This document shows positions 12,041-24,449 of a stretch of DNA of 64,000 nucleotides, in pieces. The position numbers and the translations under genes were made by a program. A model generated the notes under the pieces. That model ran no database searches. It saw nothing but the letters and a program-made list of their open reading frames with translations, and had not been told where the DNA came from. This DNA is from Octopus sinensis. Taxonomy: Eukaryota. The stretch's first letter is position 1. Each line of letters starts with the position of its first letter. The stretch spans positions 59,520,001 to 59,584,000 of the forward strand of contig NC_043002.1 of the NCBI RefSeq assembly GCF_006345805.1, in the 5' to 3' direction.

Positions 12041-12239
12041 AATATTCATATAGATGATAATGCTCTTTTCAAACATATACGCACGAGTTCAAAATTCATA
12101 AGCCTCAGCACAATCGATAAATTAGCCCACCAAATTGTGCTCATGAGAACTAAATTTTCTTCTTGTCGTTTTCGGCATCGACAAAATCCCACCAATTTGG
12201 CACCAGAATCTGAATTTGTAATAAACGTATTATTTACAT

Positions 12240-12389
12240 TATTTACATTTGACGGATATTTGTCTTCTTCTTGTTTGTTGTTAACACAACGTTTCGGCTG
12301 ATGTACCCTCCGGCCTTCATCAGGTGTCTTGGGGAAATTTCTAACCTCGGTTCTCATCCCTAAGTTATTTTTCGATATTGTTGTTGTTG

Positions 12390-12431
<42 letters not shown>

Positions 12432-12534
12432 TATTCAGGTCACTGCCTGGGATCGAACTCGGAATCTTGGGTTTAGTAGCCCGCGCTCTTAACCACTATA
12501 CCATATGCCCGTGGGCATATGGCGTAGTGGTTAA
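12240..12534 (-). mobile_element. SINE with tRNA-like head and hammerhead-bearing 3' tail
   Basis: Minus-strand head 12510-12438 with A-box TGGTATAGTGG and B-box AGTTCGATCCC; (AAT)n linker; HHR at 12328-12283; head start duplicated in inverted orientation at 12513-12534. Confidence 0.8.
12283..12328 (-). ncRNA. Minimal type I hammerhead motif (dimer type)
   Basis: Minus strand: GACAC-CTGATGA-A-GGC...GCC-GAAA-CGT-T-GTGTT; palindromic ACGT helix III; helix I GACAC/GTGTT. Confidence 0.78.
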
Positions 12535-12624
12535 CTGTGTAATAAGCGGTTTCGTATATTTCTCTGCATTTCGAGCTTGGGCAATTACAAGGTCACTCTG
12601 TTAATAGAACTATTATAAACACGT

Positions 12625-12800
12625 GGGCGTGAAGGTGCCTGGCGTTGTGGTTAAGGGGTATTAGGCTCTAGATCGTACGGTCATGATTTCGATTCCCGGC
12701 GGTTCGTTGTGTCTTTGAGCAAGACATTTTATTTCACGTTGCTCCAGTCCCGCTCAGCAGGCAAAAATGAGTCGGATCTGTACATCAAAGGGCTACCTTA
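12625..12800 (+). mobile_element. tRNA-headed SINE, family C (GAGCAAGACATTTTATTTCAC body)
   Basis: TGGCGTTGTGGTT A-box, TTCGATTCC B-box; body shared with 29455-29705 and 31287-31617. Confidence 0.78.
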
Positions 12801-12804
12801 GGAA

Positions 12805-13130
12805 AGGCAGCGAGTAGACAGATTCGCCGTCTTTGCGTACGGAGTTTAAATTCCAAGGAGGCCGTCATCGCATTTCATCGTTTCGGGGTCGATAAAATAA
12901 GCACCAGTTGAGCACCGGAGTCGATGTAACCGATACACACATACACACACACACGCATAGATATACTACGGGCTTCTTTCAATTTCCGTCTACCAAATCC
13001 ACCGAAAAGGCTTTGGTCTGCACAAAGCAATAGTAGAAGATATTTACTGAAGGTTTCACGTAGTGGTTCTGAACCCGGAACCTAGTTGTTTGGAAGCAAG
13101 CTTCTTACCACTCAGCCACACTCGCACCTA
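12805..13130. mobile_element. Adjacent SINE B (+) and SINE A (-) fragments
   Basis: TTTCGGGGTCGATAAAATAAGCACCAG; TTTCCGTCTACCAAATCCAC...GAACCCGGAACC. Confidence 0.78.
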
Positions 13131-13363
13131 TTTGAGGAAATATGAAATGTGGCATACATTCAATAATTATAATTTAATATAATTTAATATGTATCAAATT
13201 CCTTTGCACTTATGTTTGATGGAATGGATATACATTTTCAACGCTATAAAATAAAATAAAATAAAATATTTTAAAGTAACAAATATGCAAAGAAAATTAA
13301 TCTCCGTGTAGATATCATACTATAGAAGTCACACTCACACACAAACAGACACACACACACTCA

Positions 13364-13399
<36 letters not shown>

Positions 13400-13449
13400 T
13401 AGGACACGCACTCACCCTCAATTTTTTCCTCTCAATATATAATATATTA

Positions 13450-14015
13450 CGCTGTGCGAAATGCTTAGCGGTATTTCGTCTGTCTTTATGTTCTGAGTTC
13501 AAAATATGCTGTGGTCGACTTTGTCCTTCCTCCTTCCGGGGTCGATAAATTAAGTACCAGCTGAGAACTAGGATCGATCTAATCGACTGGCCCCCTCCCG
13601 CAAAATTTCGGGCCTTGTGCCTAGAGTGGAAAAGAATATATAAGGTTGCTGAGCTGGCTGAATTGTTAGCAGACCGGGCAAAATTCTTAGCGGTGTTTCG
13701 TCGCACGTCACGTTCTGAGTTCAAATTCTGCCGAGGTCACTTATGTATTTTTGTCCTTTCGGGGCTGATAAAATAAGTATCAGTCGAATACTGAGGTCGA
13801 TGTGAACGATTAACCCGCTTCCCTAAACTTGCAGGCCTTGAGCCAAGATTATAAACCAATGTATGATATATTATGCTCAAGAGTAGGCGCAAGAGTAACT
13901 GTGTGGTAAGCTTTTTGTTTTCAACCACAGCGTTGCAGTTTGAGCTCCAGGTTGCGGATTTAGCAAAATGTGCAAGTGTCTTCTACTATGGATTTGGTTG
14001 ACGGAAACAGAAAGA
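13450..14015 (+). mobile_element. Two SINE B fragments plus a degenerate SINE A head
   Basis: Homology to 11643-12040 and 3081-3240. Confidence 0.78.
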
Positions 14016-14274
14016 ATAAAGTCCATTTCGTGCCAGCTTTAGCTACCGACTGCTTGACCTGCGACGAAAGAACTGACTGAAGCAGGTTCCCATTAACATG
14101 TGATGGAATTGATCAGCTTCTACGGGAACGCGAGTTTTTTGCAGAAGTTGTAGTAATATTTGGAAGCAGGAATTGTTCAACGTAGCTAGTCTTAGAACGA
14201 CTGAATGCGTTTTTTTTTTGCGAAGAAAGTCTCATAGAAACAGCAAAACAATTCATTTATATCGCTGAGTGAAC

Positions 14275-14400
14275 TAGAACAACGTGGAAATAAAGAGTCT
14301 TGCTCAAGAACACGATACACAGCCTGGTCCGGGAATTGAACTTACTACCTCATGATTGTGAAACTGATGCTCTAACCATTGAACCACGCACCTTCCCATG
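14275..14400 (-). mobile_element. SINE C head fragment
   Basis: GTGAAATAAAGAGTCTTGCTCAAGAACAC...CTCTAACCATTGAACCACGC. Confidence 0.75.
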
Positions 14401-14669
14401 CATACATACATATATGCATACATACATACATACATATACACACGCATACATATATACCGTGTCTACTCACAAGGCTCTCGTCCATTCGAGTCTATATTAG
14501 AGGGCACTTGATCATGATGCCACGCAGTGATTCGAACTCGAAGTCACGTGCTTGTAAAGCGAACATCTTAATCAGAGTCATTACTACGAAGTAGCTTCCT
14601 AATTTCGCTTTATGCCGAAATTCTATACGGTTAGGTTGCTTATAATACCAGAAAATGCGCGCGCTTATT

Positions 14670-15044
14670 TGCAGACGGTCAGTGACTAATTCTGAGTTAT
14701 TGTATATTATTCTATAGGGCTTATTTATCGGTGCCTTTTGCAGAACCGCTAAACTATGGGACGTAAGCATACCGTCACTCGTTCTAAAGCAGGGCTGACA
14801 GGACAAACACACAAAATAACCACCTACAAAGCCACACAACATATGCACCTACACACCCATACCGACACATCCCAAATATATACATATATGATGAGCTACT
14901 TTCAGTTTCCATCCGCCAAAACCACTCACAAAGGACTTGATTGGCTCGAGGTCATAATTGAAGACACTTGCCCAAGCTTCCACGCAGTAGAACTGAATCC
15001 GGAAACATGTGGTTGGGAAGCAAGCTTCTTACCACATAGCCACT

Positions 15045-15045
<1 letters not shown>
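14670..15045 (-). mobile_element. SINE family A, degenerate
   Basis: Homology to 3575-3988. Confidence 0.8.
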
Positions 15046-15087
<42 letters not shown>

Positions 15088-15088
<1 letters not shown>

Positions 15089-16175
15089 AGGGCTGATGGT
15101 AGATTGTTCAATCTTGCGCGCCTCAGAGCTAAGACCAAAGTCCGTCAGGTACTGATCAGAGAGATCCTCTTTGCTGACGATGCCGCCCTAACATCACACA
15201 ACCAGCCGGGTCTCCAGAGGTTGGTCAGCTCCCTGGCGGATGCCTGCCAAGAGTTCGGCCTGACCATCGGCCTGAAAAAGACAGAGATCATGGGCCAGGA
15301 CGTCGGAGGGGTCCCCAGCATCAGTGTCGGCGACCACAGCTTGCAGGTGGTGAACGAGTTCACTTACCTGGGATCGACGGTCTCCAGCAGCCTGTCCCTC
15401 GAGCCGGAGCTGAACAGACGGATTGGGAAGGCTGCTGCTGCCATGGCTAAGCTCTCCAGGAGAGTGTGGGAAAAAACATGCTCACAATAACCACCAAGAT
15501 CGCAGTGTACCGAGCCTTGCGTGCTGAGCACCCTACTCTACGGCAGCGAGAGCTGGACAACATACACCCGGCAAGAATGCCGCCTCAGCGGCTTCCACAT
15601 GCGGTGTCTTCGACGGATCCTTGGCATCTCCTGAAGGACCGAGTACCAAACGGAGTCATCCTAGAACAGACAAATATGCCAAGCATGCATGCCCTCCTCG
15701 TGCGGAGACGACTGCGCTGGCTCGGACACGTCTGCCGCATGCAGGACGGTCGCATGCCTAAAGACATCCTGTACAGCGAACTCACCACGGGATCCCGACC
15801 CAAGGGACGTCCACAGCTACGATACAGGGATGTGTGCAAGCGCGACCTGAGGACTGCCAACATCTGTGTGGACACGTAGGAGGTAACAGCTGCTGAATGC
15901 TCTGCCTGGCGTCGGACAGTGAGGAAAGGCGTTTCCATGGCTGAGGAAAGGAGAGCACAGCTGTGGTCGGACAGGCGGGACAGGAGGAGGACAACTGCAG
16001 CAACACCCCACACGTACCCATCGATGTTCGTGTGCAGCAACTGTACCAGGGACTGCCACTCTAGAATTGGACTGTTCAGTCACAGCAGACGCTGCTCATC
16101 ATCAAAGTAGGCCCCACCCTTGGCGCGACCCATTGTCTATCAAGACAGACGGGGGAAGAGAGAAGATATATATAT
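15088..16175 (+). mobile_element. 5'-truncated RTE-clade LINE (RT C-terminus, thumb region, C-terminal C2H2-like motif), frameshifted
   Basis: RADGRLFNLARLRAKTKVR...LFADDAAL...FTYLGS...RRLRWLGHVCRM..GRMPKDILY.EL..G.RPKGRP...CSNCTRDCHSRIGLFSHSRRC; frame changes near 15475-15620; stop at 15877; terminal TAG 16108-16110. Confidence 0.95.
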
Positions 16176-16191
16176 ATATATATATATATGA

Positions 16192-16430
16192 AAGGAAACC
16201 CCCTTCGGTCATGACTGACCATGGGATTGCACCTAGAATGTTACCGTCGATGCACAAGTCCGGCATGGTTGTTTGTGGAAGGCCAGCAGTCGCCCATGCA
16301 TACCAGCCTCCCCTCTCTATACCACCGATGTTATCCAAGGGAAAAGCAAAGGGGCCAATACAGCGTGGCACCAGTGATGGAGCAACGTGAAATAAAGTCT
16401 CTTGCTCAAGAACACAACACACAGCCAGTC
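16192..16430 (-). mobile_element. SINE C variant, 3' body (family of 31287-31617)
   Basis: CCCCTTCGGTCATGACTGACCATGGGATTGCACCTAG...CCCATGCATACC.GCCTCCCCTCT shared with 31290-31420. Confidence 0.85.
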
Positions 16431-16439
16431 CGATATATA

Positions 16440-16484
<45 letters not shown>

Positions 16485-16496
16485 ATATATATATGC

Positions 16497-16652
16497 GACA
16501 GACTTCTTTTAGTTTCCGTCAATCAAATCCACTGACAAGGCCTTGATTGGTCCGAGGCTATAGTAGATAACACTTGCCCAAGGTGGCACGCAGTGGAACT
16601 GAACCCAGAACCATGTGGTTCAGAAGCAAGCTTCTTGTCACAGAGCCACGCT
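16497..16652 (-). mobile_element. SINE family A, 5' half
   Basis: Homology to 3835-3985. Confidence 0.85.
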
Positions 16653-17488
16653 CGGTGCATTTTCTACACGTTTATGTTTTGTATAAGCACATGTTCATGT
16701 GTATAAGTGCCTCGTCATGCTAGTCTAAACATATTTCGATGCGTGTATAAGTACATTTTCCTAAGCGTATAAATGCATATTCATGAAGAGATAAATTTCA
16801 GTCAGCATGTTTTAGTTGCTTGTAATGAACAACCGGACATCGCCAAGATATACTAATAGACACACACACGCACACATATACACACACATACACACACATA
16901 CCTCACCGCCTATATATAATTTATACATAAATGACCACATAGCAGCGCGTATCCGAGTATTAAGAATCCTCTTTAAAGAGCATCCATATTCGATTGGTAG
17001 ATGGAGCACTCTCTCATATGCTATTGATAAGGAAATGTTATGAATCTGCCGGTTCAAAGATGGTACAGGCATTCTAGCGGAATGAATAGGGTATAAATTA
17101 AATTAACGAGAAGAAAATGTGACAGTTGTAGCGAGGTTGGAAGAATTACGTTCATATCTAAGAAGCCGATGCCAAAGCGCCATCATAGCCTAACAAATAT
17201 ACCAACTGTCATCGGTTAATTATGAACATTAATGTGTTACATGCTACTGACCTTTATATATTTATATCACTACTAATAATAATTATTAACCACTCATCCA
17301 TCTCTGTGTAAGTCTTAGAACTCTTCCCTTTCGCCTTTATTCTCGCTTTCTCTCTCTCTCTCTTTCTCTCTCATATGCATATACAAGCCCACACACATAC
17401 GTACACATACATAATACACACAGACACATATATATATACATATATAATATATATAATAAATGAATAAATATATATATATGTATATATT

Positions 17489-17534
<46 letters not shown>

Positions 17535-17804
17535 TGTGCATATGCACATAAATATGCATAGATTATGCTGACATACCTATACAAATAACATGTATGTATG
17601 TATATATAATATATATATATAAGTATATTTATATATATACATGTAAGTATATATAGTATATATATATACACCACAACATACAATTATATAATTATATATA
17701 TAATATATATATATATATATGTATGCATGCATATTCAGTGTAGTAGATGAATGCATATGTATATGTATGTATAGAAGACAAAGGTATGTTGTATGTACGT
17801 ATGC

Positions 17805-17904
17805 NNNNNNNNNNNNNNNNNNNNNNNNNNNNNNNNNNNNNNNNNNNNNNNNNNNNNNNNNNNNNNNNNNNNNNNNNNNNNNNNNNNNNNNNNNNNNNNN
17901 NNNN
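17805..17904. other. Assembly gap (100 N)
   Basis: Run of N. Confidence 1.
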
Positions 17905-18745
17905 CTTCAATCTTCAGTCAAGAACCGGATCATCCTAGCAATTTCGGCTGATTATTCTTGAGATCGCTCCGATCGGCAGCCAGCCCCAAGGAAAAACTAA
18001 TCTACGAGCATTAGATTTCTTGGAAGAAGGATCGAATGTATACGAAACAGGGACAGAAAAAAAGGACGATGTCACACGAATATAAAATACAAAAAACAAT
18101 AATGGTAAAAACAGGACAAAAACAGCGGGTGTCTTACGACTGGCGTATTTTGAAAAAATGCCTTTATCGGCAGACGAAGACAACAGATGTTCTCACGGCA
18201 GTGGTCGGAGGCCAAAAGGCTGATTTTGACCAGCGGTCACGTGACAGAAGAGAGAGAAAAGAAAGGGAGCAAAGGAAACAAAGAGAGAGAGAGAAAGAGG
18301 GACGAAGGCAACAAAAGGGGGAGAAGAGAGAGAAAGAAGGAATTAAAGAGGGGAGAAAAGAGAAAAGGAGGAGAAGTAGAGAGACAGAGAGAGAAGGGGA
18401 CAGATCAAAGTAGAGTGCAAAGTGTGAAAGGCAGAGAAATGTAGGAGAGAGAGACAGTGTGTAGAGTCGTACCAAATTTACAGGAATATGTACTTACATA
18501 AGGCCAACGAGGCTGTGTCTGTGTCTGTGTTTGTTCCCCAGCACCGTTTTCCAACCGCCTTTAATGTGTTTATATGTAGAAAAATACAAACTGGGAAAAG
18601 AACGTAAAACATTTAGAAAACTATACAAAAAAACACGGACGGGACATTCGAAGCCTTCAATCTTCAGTCAAGAACCGGATCATCCTAGCAATTTCGGCTG
18701 ATTATTCTTGAGATCGCTCCGATCCGGCCAGCCCCAAGGAAAAAC
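17905..18745 (-). mobile_element. Retrozyme-like element: two rearranged-HHR repeats 750 nt apart around a purine-rich (on +) internal region
   Basis: 17905-17997 repeats at 18655-18745; same layout as 32946-34059 on the opposite strand. Confidence 0.82.
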
Positions 18746-19223
18746 AGACATGCAGGAAGTAAGTAGACACCTTTACTTTTCAAAATTTCTAATCTAAGCG
18801 TCTTAATATGTTTCAGTAATGTAGAATTTACAATGTAATTATTCTTTTACATTCTAGGTGCCATTATATTAAACATTTGCGAAGAGTAACCATGCCACGC
18901 ACAAAAAATTCAGCACTACTGTCAGATTTTCAAAGAATTCGTTTTGTTGGGCAATCTGAGGCTGGTCTTAGCCTGCGAAATATTACCGAAAATCTTCAAA
19001 TTCGTCTTGCTACAGTTAATAGAATTATAGTGCAATTCAAAGCCCCGTTCGAAGGCTTCTGACATGGCAAAACAGCTACAAGTTAGTCCAAGAACGTGTG
19101 TTACATATCTGCATAAGCTTGGGTATTATGGTCGAGCAGCTAGAAGAAAATCTCTCTTTCAACCAATTGATATCAAATAAAACATTTTGAAAAGTAAAGC
19201 AGTCTATTTACTTCCTGATGGTC

Positions 19224-19227
<4 letters not shown>
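18745..19227 (+). mobile_element. Non-autonomous Tc1-like element with 24 bp imperfect TIRs
   Basis: TIRs 18745-18768 and 19202-19225, TA on the right flank; [51 protein letters not shown] and GYYGRAARRK remnant; no DDE domain. Confidence 0.85.
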
Positions 19228-19279
<52 letters not shown>

Positions 19280-19450
19280 TACTTGTCTATATATATACAC
19301 GAAATATAACATGTATTGAATGGCGCAACAATGCAGTGCCCTGTAATATCTGTTATAATTTAGTTAGTCATACTTTTGTGGCATTCAAGACATGTTATAT
19401 TTCACAAACAATACGCAATGCTTTAAGCGAACTACAATACTCTCCTATAT

Positions 19451-19536
<86 letters not shown>

Positions 19537-19540
<4 letters not shown>

Positions 19541-19913
19541 CAATAAGAAAATGGAGGCGATCAATGGGTGGTTCATGAACTTTTAGACATTATGTCAATT
19601 CATTTATTTATTTATTTACTAAAATGACAATGTACATGCATGTATAACACATTATGCTTTACATATAAAATATATAACGACACCAGTAATTATTAAAATA
19701 TGTAACATGCAGGAATATAAATTGAGAAAATATTTTAATAATTACTGGTATATTTATATATTTTATATGTAAAGCATAATATTTTATACATGTATGTATA
19801 TTCTTGTAATTGTCATTTTAGTAAATAAATAAGTAAATTGAAATAACATAACGTATAATGTCTAAAAGTTGATGAATACCACCTATTGAACCCCTTCATT
19901 TTCTTATTGCTCT
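19537..19913. repeat. Diverged palindrome of about 377 bp (fold-back or MITE-like)
   Basis: AGAGCAATAAGAAAATG / CATTTTCTTATTGCTCT ends; inner matches such as TTACTAAAATGACAAT / ATTGTCATTTTAGTAA; loop about 19702-19729. Confidence 0.9.
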
Positions 19914-20219
19914 AAAAATTTATGGTAAAATATCTCTTTACCCTCACGCATTTAGTACACTAGGTAATATAATTGCAATTCAATAAAAAAATACTTGTGT
20001 ATTAATAATTGGGTATTCTACCAGCAGTATATTGGTTAGATATTATCCCTTAGTTGGTTGGATTCACAACGTCTAATTTTCTTGACATATATATACACAT
20101 ATATATATATACACAACTATATACATATATATATACACACATATATATATACGCATATATATATATACATACATAAATTAAGAGAGAGAGAGAGAGAGAG
20201 AGAGAGATGTGAGATATAT

Positions 20220-20405
20220 GTGTGTGTATTTTTGTGTCTGTGTTTGTTCCCCAGCACAAGTTCACAACCTGTGCTGATGTCTTTAAGTCCCCGTATATAA
20301 GTAGTTCCGCAAAAGAAACCGATAAAATACGTGCAAGCTTAGAAAATATATAAGCAATCGTGTCGATTCGTTCGACTAAAATTCTTCAATCCGGTGCCCC
20401 AGCAA
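20220..20405 (+). mobile_element. SINE family A, degenerate 3' half
   Basis: TGTGTTTGTTCCCCAGCA...GTCCCCGTA...GGTGCCCCAGCA. Confidence 0.7.
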
Positions 20406-20602
20406 GCAAAATATAACATATACTTATTTGTGAACCTTTTGCGTTTTTCTCATATTTCTTTATTTGGAATTGAAAATTCGATTCCCGCCTCGTCCTTTTA
20501 GGGTACAGTTACCTCCTTCTGTATTACTGGCCATCTAGTCGGCATCACGCGTGCTATTCTACATTCCAGTTCTCCGTAAAAAAAAACCTTTATATTTGAC
20601 TG

Positions 20603-20633
<31 letters not shown>

Positions 20634-21145
20634 CCCCCCTCTTTCCGATAAAATATATTACTTTCGTCGTTAAATGTTCTTTGCATGAACAACGAAACAA
20701 TTCTTGGTGTTACTACAAAGCATTTATTTGGTTAAGTACAACGACGACTTAGATTAGCAGCTTGACTCCTACTCTGCCAAGGGTCTATTTTAGCCGTTTT
20801 TAATTTACAATTTAGTCTGTGTTTTTTTTAAACATTAAATGTCACTCCCAATATCTGTTTTAGTTGATGATTTATTCTTCAATAGATAATACGCAATTTC
20901 TTAAAACTCTCACTCAGTTTAGTACACAAGATAGAATTATGGAATAAACTGTTTTCCATGTACACGTACTTCGTATTTTTTGCTGTACACGTTACGTGAC
21001 ATCCTCTGCCCACATATGCATATATATATACGTACAGATGTAAGTATGTACATATACATATGTATATATGCATATATATATTATTTATATTATCATATGA
21101 TTGAACGCTACGCATCCTCTTCCGAGTAAGTTTTCTTTATATCTA

Positions 21146-21231
<86 letters not shown>

Positions 21232-22399
21232 AAGATAGATAGATAAGGATATGCGTATATTTATATACATAAGCATGTTGATATACTTTAGAAAATTAGT
21301 AACATATTGCAAGTGTACAATTGAAAAATTTGTTTTATTTCATTTATTTTAAAGTACATTTTTTTTTATTTTCAAAATTATAATTCATTTCATTAGTTTG
21401 TATAATCACTAAGAAATAAATTTGATTAACTTATAATTATTGAATGTTTGACATATTTCTTGATATTACTCTCAGTGACACAAGTATACTTTCAGATTTA
21501 CCTGCCGTATGACAGGTGCCAGGCTGCATGAAAATCGGAAAACTAACAGCCGTTTTGAATTATAATAAAACGTCGAAATACAATAAAGAGACAATCTCTT
21601 CATTCAGTCAATGAAAACTAAAAGAAAAGTCACCACGAAATCAATAACAATGTTTCTACAGATTTGTAACAGCGCTCATTAGCAAGACTCCTATCACGTC
21701 TGCTTCTAATTCTCAACGATTAATAGCAAACATCAAAAGACTATCTTCAAACGTGAAATAATCGGAAGAACACAATATTGATACTTAAACAACTATTTCC
21801 TGACTTAAAGAACACGAAACACATTCTGAAAAAATCAAATTATAACAACCATTAAAAATACACCTATACGTCTCTAAAAACCATTATTTTAAATACATGC
21901 TGCTGATAACCGATCAGTGTCTTAAACAATTTAAGAAAAATCTTTTAAAATGATCAAAGATATTGCTGTCATTAATAAGAATATATTTCATAGAAGTATC
22001 CCTAAGCTTGAAGGGATATCACCAGTACAACTATCGGATACCACATCGACAGTTATTACGTGGTTTAATCTGTTCCCACAAAATAAATCAGAAAACGGTC
22101 GTACAGTTAGAAATCACAGGTTACTAGCCTTCAGTAATTATGAAATTACACCCCGAAGGTTTGTGAGATAAATTATTAATATATGCGTCCATAAAAATAC
22201 TAGGGGGTCAAAGCGGAATATAAATAATCTATCCTATGCGCATATTATAAATACATACATACAAACATACTTACATGTATATATGTGTGTGCATATATGT
22301 ATCTTTGTATATATATAATTATACATATATATTCCTATATATACATACACATACATATATATATATGTATGTGTGTACATAAGCGCACATACAAACACG

Positions 22400-22432
<33 letters not shown>

Positions 22433-22503
22433 GCATACGTACAAACACACGCACACGCATATACATCCTCTCATACATATACACACATATATGGTATATA
22501 TAA

Positions 22504-22541
<38 letters not shown>

Positions 22542-22937
22542 TATTTATTTATATATACCATATATGTGTGTATATGTATGAGAGGATGTGTATGCGTGTG
22601 CGTGTGTTTGTATGTATGCATATAAATGTAATCAATGGCACTTGGCTCTCCTAATCTCGGAACTCCAGTAAATGCTTAACCTCAATCAAATTCTTCCCAT
22701 TGCTTCTACTTAAATCAGGAAGAAGAAAAAAACAACTTTCCTATCAAATTCACATCGTTTACATTTGGCACCGGAGCAACCTCGTCTAAATGTAGTTTAA
22801 ATTAAGTCTAATTTTTACGTTTTCATATTTACATTACATTTAATTCATTCGTTTATTTATGATATAAACCTTTCGAATCGGTGGGACCCTAATATAACTG
22901 AATCAAAACGCATACATAGACATTCCTTATAAGTTTC

Positions 22938-23280
22938 AAGGCGACGAGCGGGCAGAAACGTTAGCACGCCGAGGTCGACTTTGCCTTTCATCCATTTGGG
23001 GTCGATTAAATAAGTACCAGTTACACACTGGGGTCGATATAATCGACTTAATCCGTTTGTCTGTCCTTGTTTTTCCACTCTACGTTTAGCTCCTTGTGGG
23101 TAGTAAAGAAATACGTGTTTCGTCTGTCTTTATGTTTTGAGTTCAAATTCCGCCGAGCGCGACCTTCTCTTTCGTCCTTTCGGGGTCGGTAAATTAAGTA
23201 CCAGTTGCGTACTGGGGTCGATCTAATTCACTGGCCCCCTCCCCCGAAATTTCGGGCCTTGCGCCTAGAGTATTAAAGAG
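22938..23280 (+). mobile_element. SINE family B with internal duplication
   Basis: Homology to 11643-12040. Confidence 0.88.
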
Positions 23281-23899
23281 TCCTTATAAGTTGCTTCAGG
23301 ATGGATTTCAGGCAGCACCTCGGTTTAGGGTGCGTTGAAAATATTCAAAATATACATGTAGCTTATACAATTACACCCCATCACACACACACACACACAC
23401 ACACAGTTACACCCCACCACACACACACACACACACAGTTAAAGTATAAGGTGTGTGTACGAGTAGATGTCCGTGTGTGTATAAACGTGAGTGCTGCTAC
23501 TCAGATAACTCAATTCTAGGTATGTGTATGTGTGCAACTATGTGTGTATGTATTCTGGATTTGTACGTTTATGTTCTTGTCGTTTCGATTCTTGACTTTC
23601 TATGTTTAAATGACCTCGAGCTCAACTTGACTCTCCGCCCCGCCCCCATCAGTCGAGAAAATAGGATATTTGTCAGTTATATATATGGATGTAATCGTGT
23701 CGACATCTCAATCTGAAACTGCTGACTTAAATTTGAAAACAATTTTTGTCTGTTTACTCATCATGATTCGAACATAGAATAACAATTGAATGTGTTTTTT
23801 TTTCTCTGGTTATTTACGAGATGCTCTTTTTGCTATAGCATTTAAGCTCACGTCATTCTATGAAGATACAACCGCCTTACACTCGTAAAGACGTGCGGC

Positions 23900-24255
23900 A
23901 CTCAGCCAGCGCCCTCACCGCTGGGAGTCGCTCGAAATGTATGCCCTCTCTATCACTGAGGACCTCCTGACGAAAACAAATCGGTACCACAAATAAGTTC
24001 CACATTTCAAAGTCTAGCCCTTCTCTTCAGCACAAGAAGAGACGAAATTGCAGTGTACAATACCTGTGACACTCTTAGAGGACAAATGAGGCCGGCAATT
24101 GAATAATGCTTCCATAGGTGAGACGAGATGGCTGCAGCGCACTCACCACCTTTGATATCAACATCAACCGGCTCTGTACTAACTACTAAACCCATTTCTT
24201 CTTCCCCAGAACATTCTCCCACAAGAATTCCTCTAAGCACATGTTTTTCTTGCAG
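23900..24255 (+). mobile_element. Highly decayed LINE RT 3' remnant (CR1/L2-like)
   Basis: Broken-frame translation gives ..LLFSTRR..GQMRPAIE*CFHR.., resembling the QIRP.MEYCSH motif. Confidence 0.4.
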
Positions 24256-24410
24256 GTGTGGATTCTGCTATAGCTTCAGGCCGACCAAAGCCCTGAGTTT
24301 ATTTGGTACACGGGAACAAAAGTAGTCCGTCGTATATGTATATATGGATCTAAACAAACAAAAGGCGGTGCTCCAGTATGGTCGCAGATAAATGACAAAG
24401 AAATAAAAGA

Positions 24411-24449
<39 letters not shown>

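Noticed and set aside
12438-12510. tRNA gene (likewise 31545-31617 and 54697-54770)
   Set aside because: A and B boxes are present, but the acceptor stems are incomplete and each head runs into a repeat body, so these are SINE heads.
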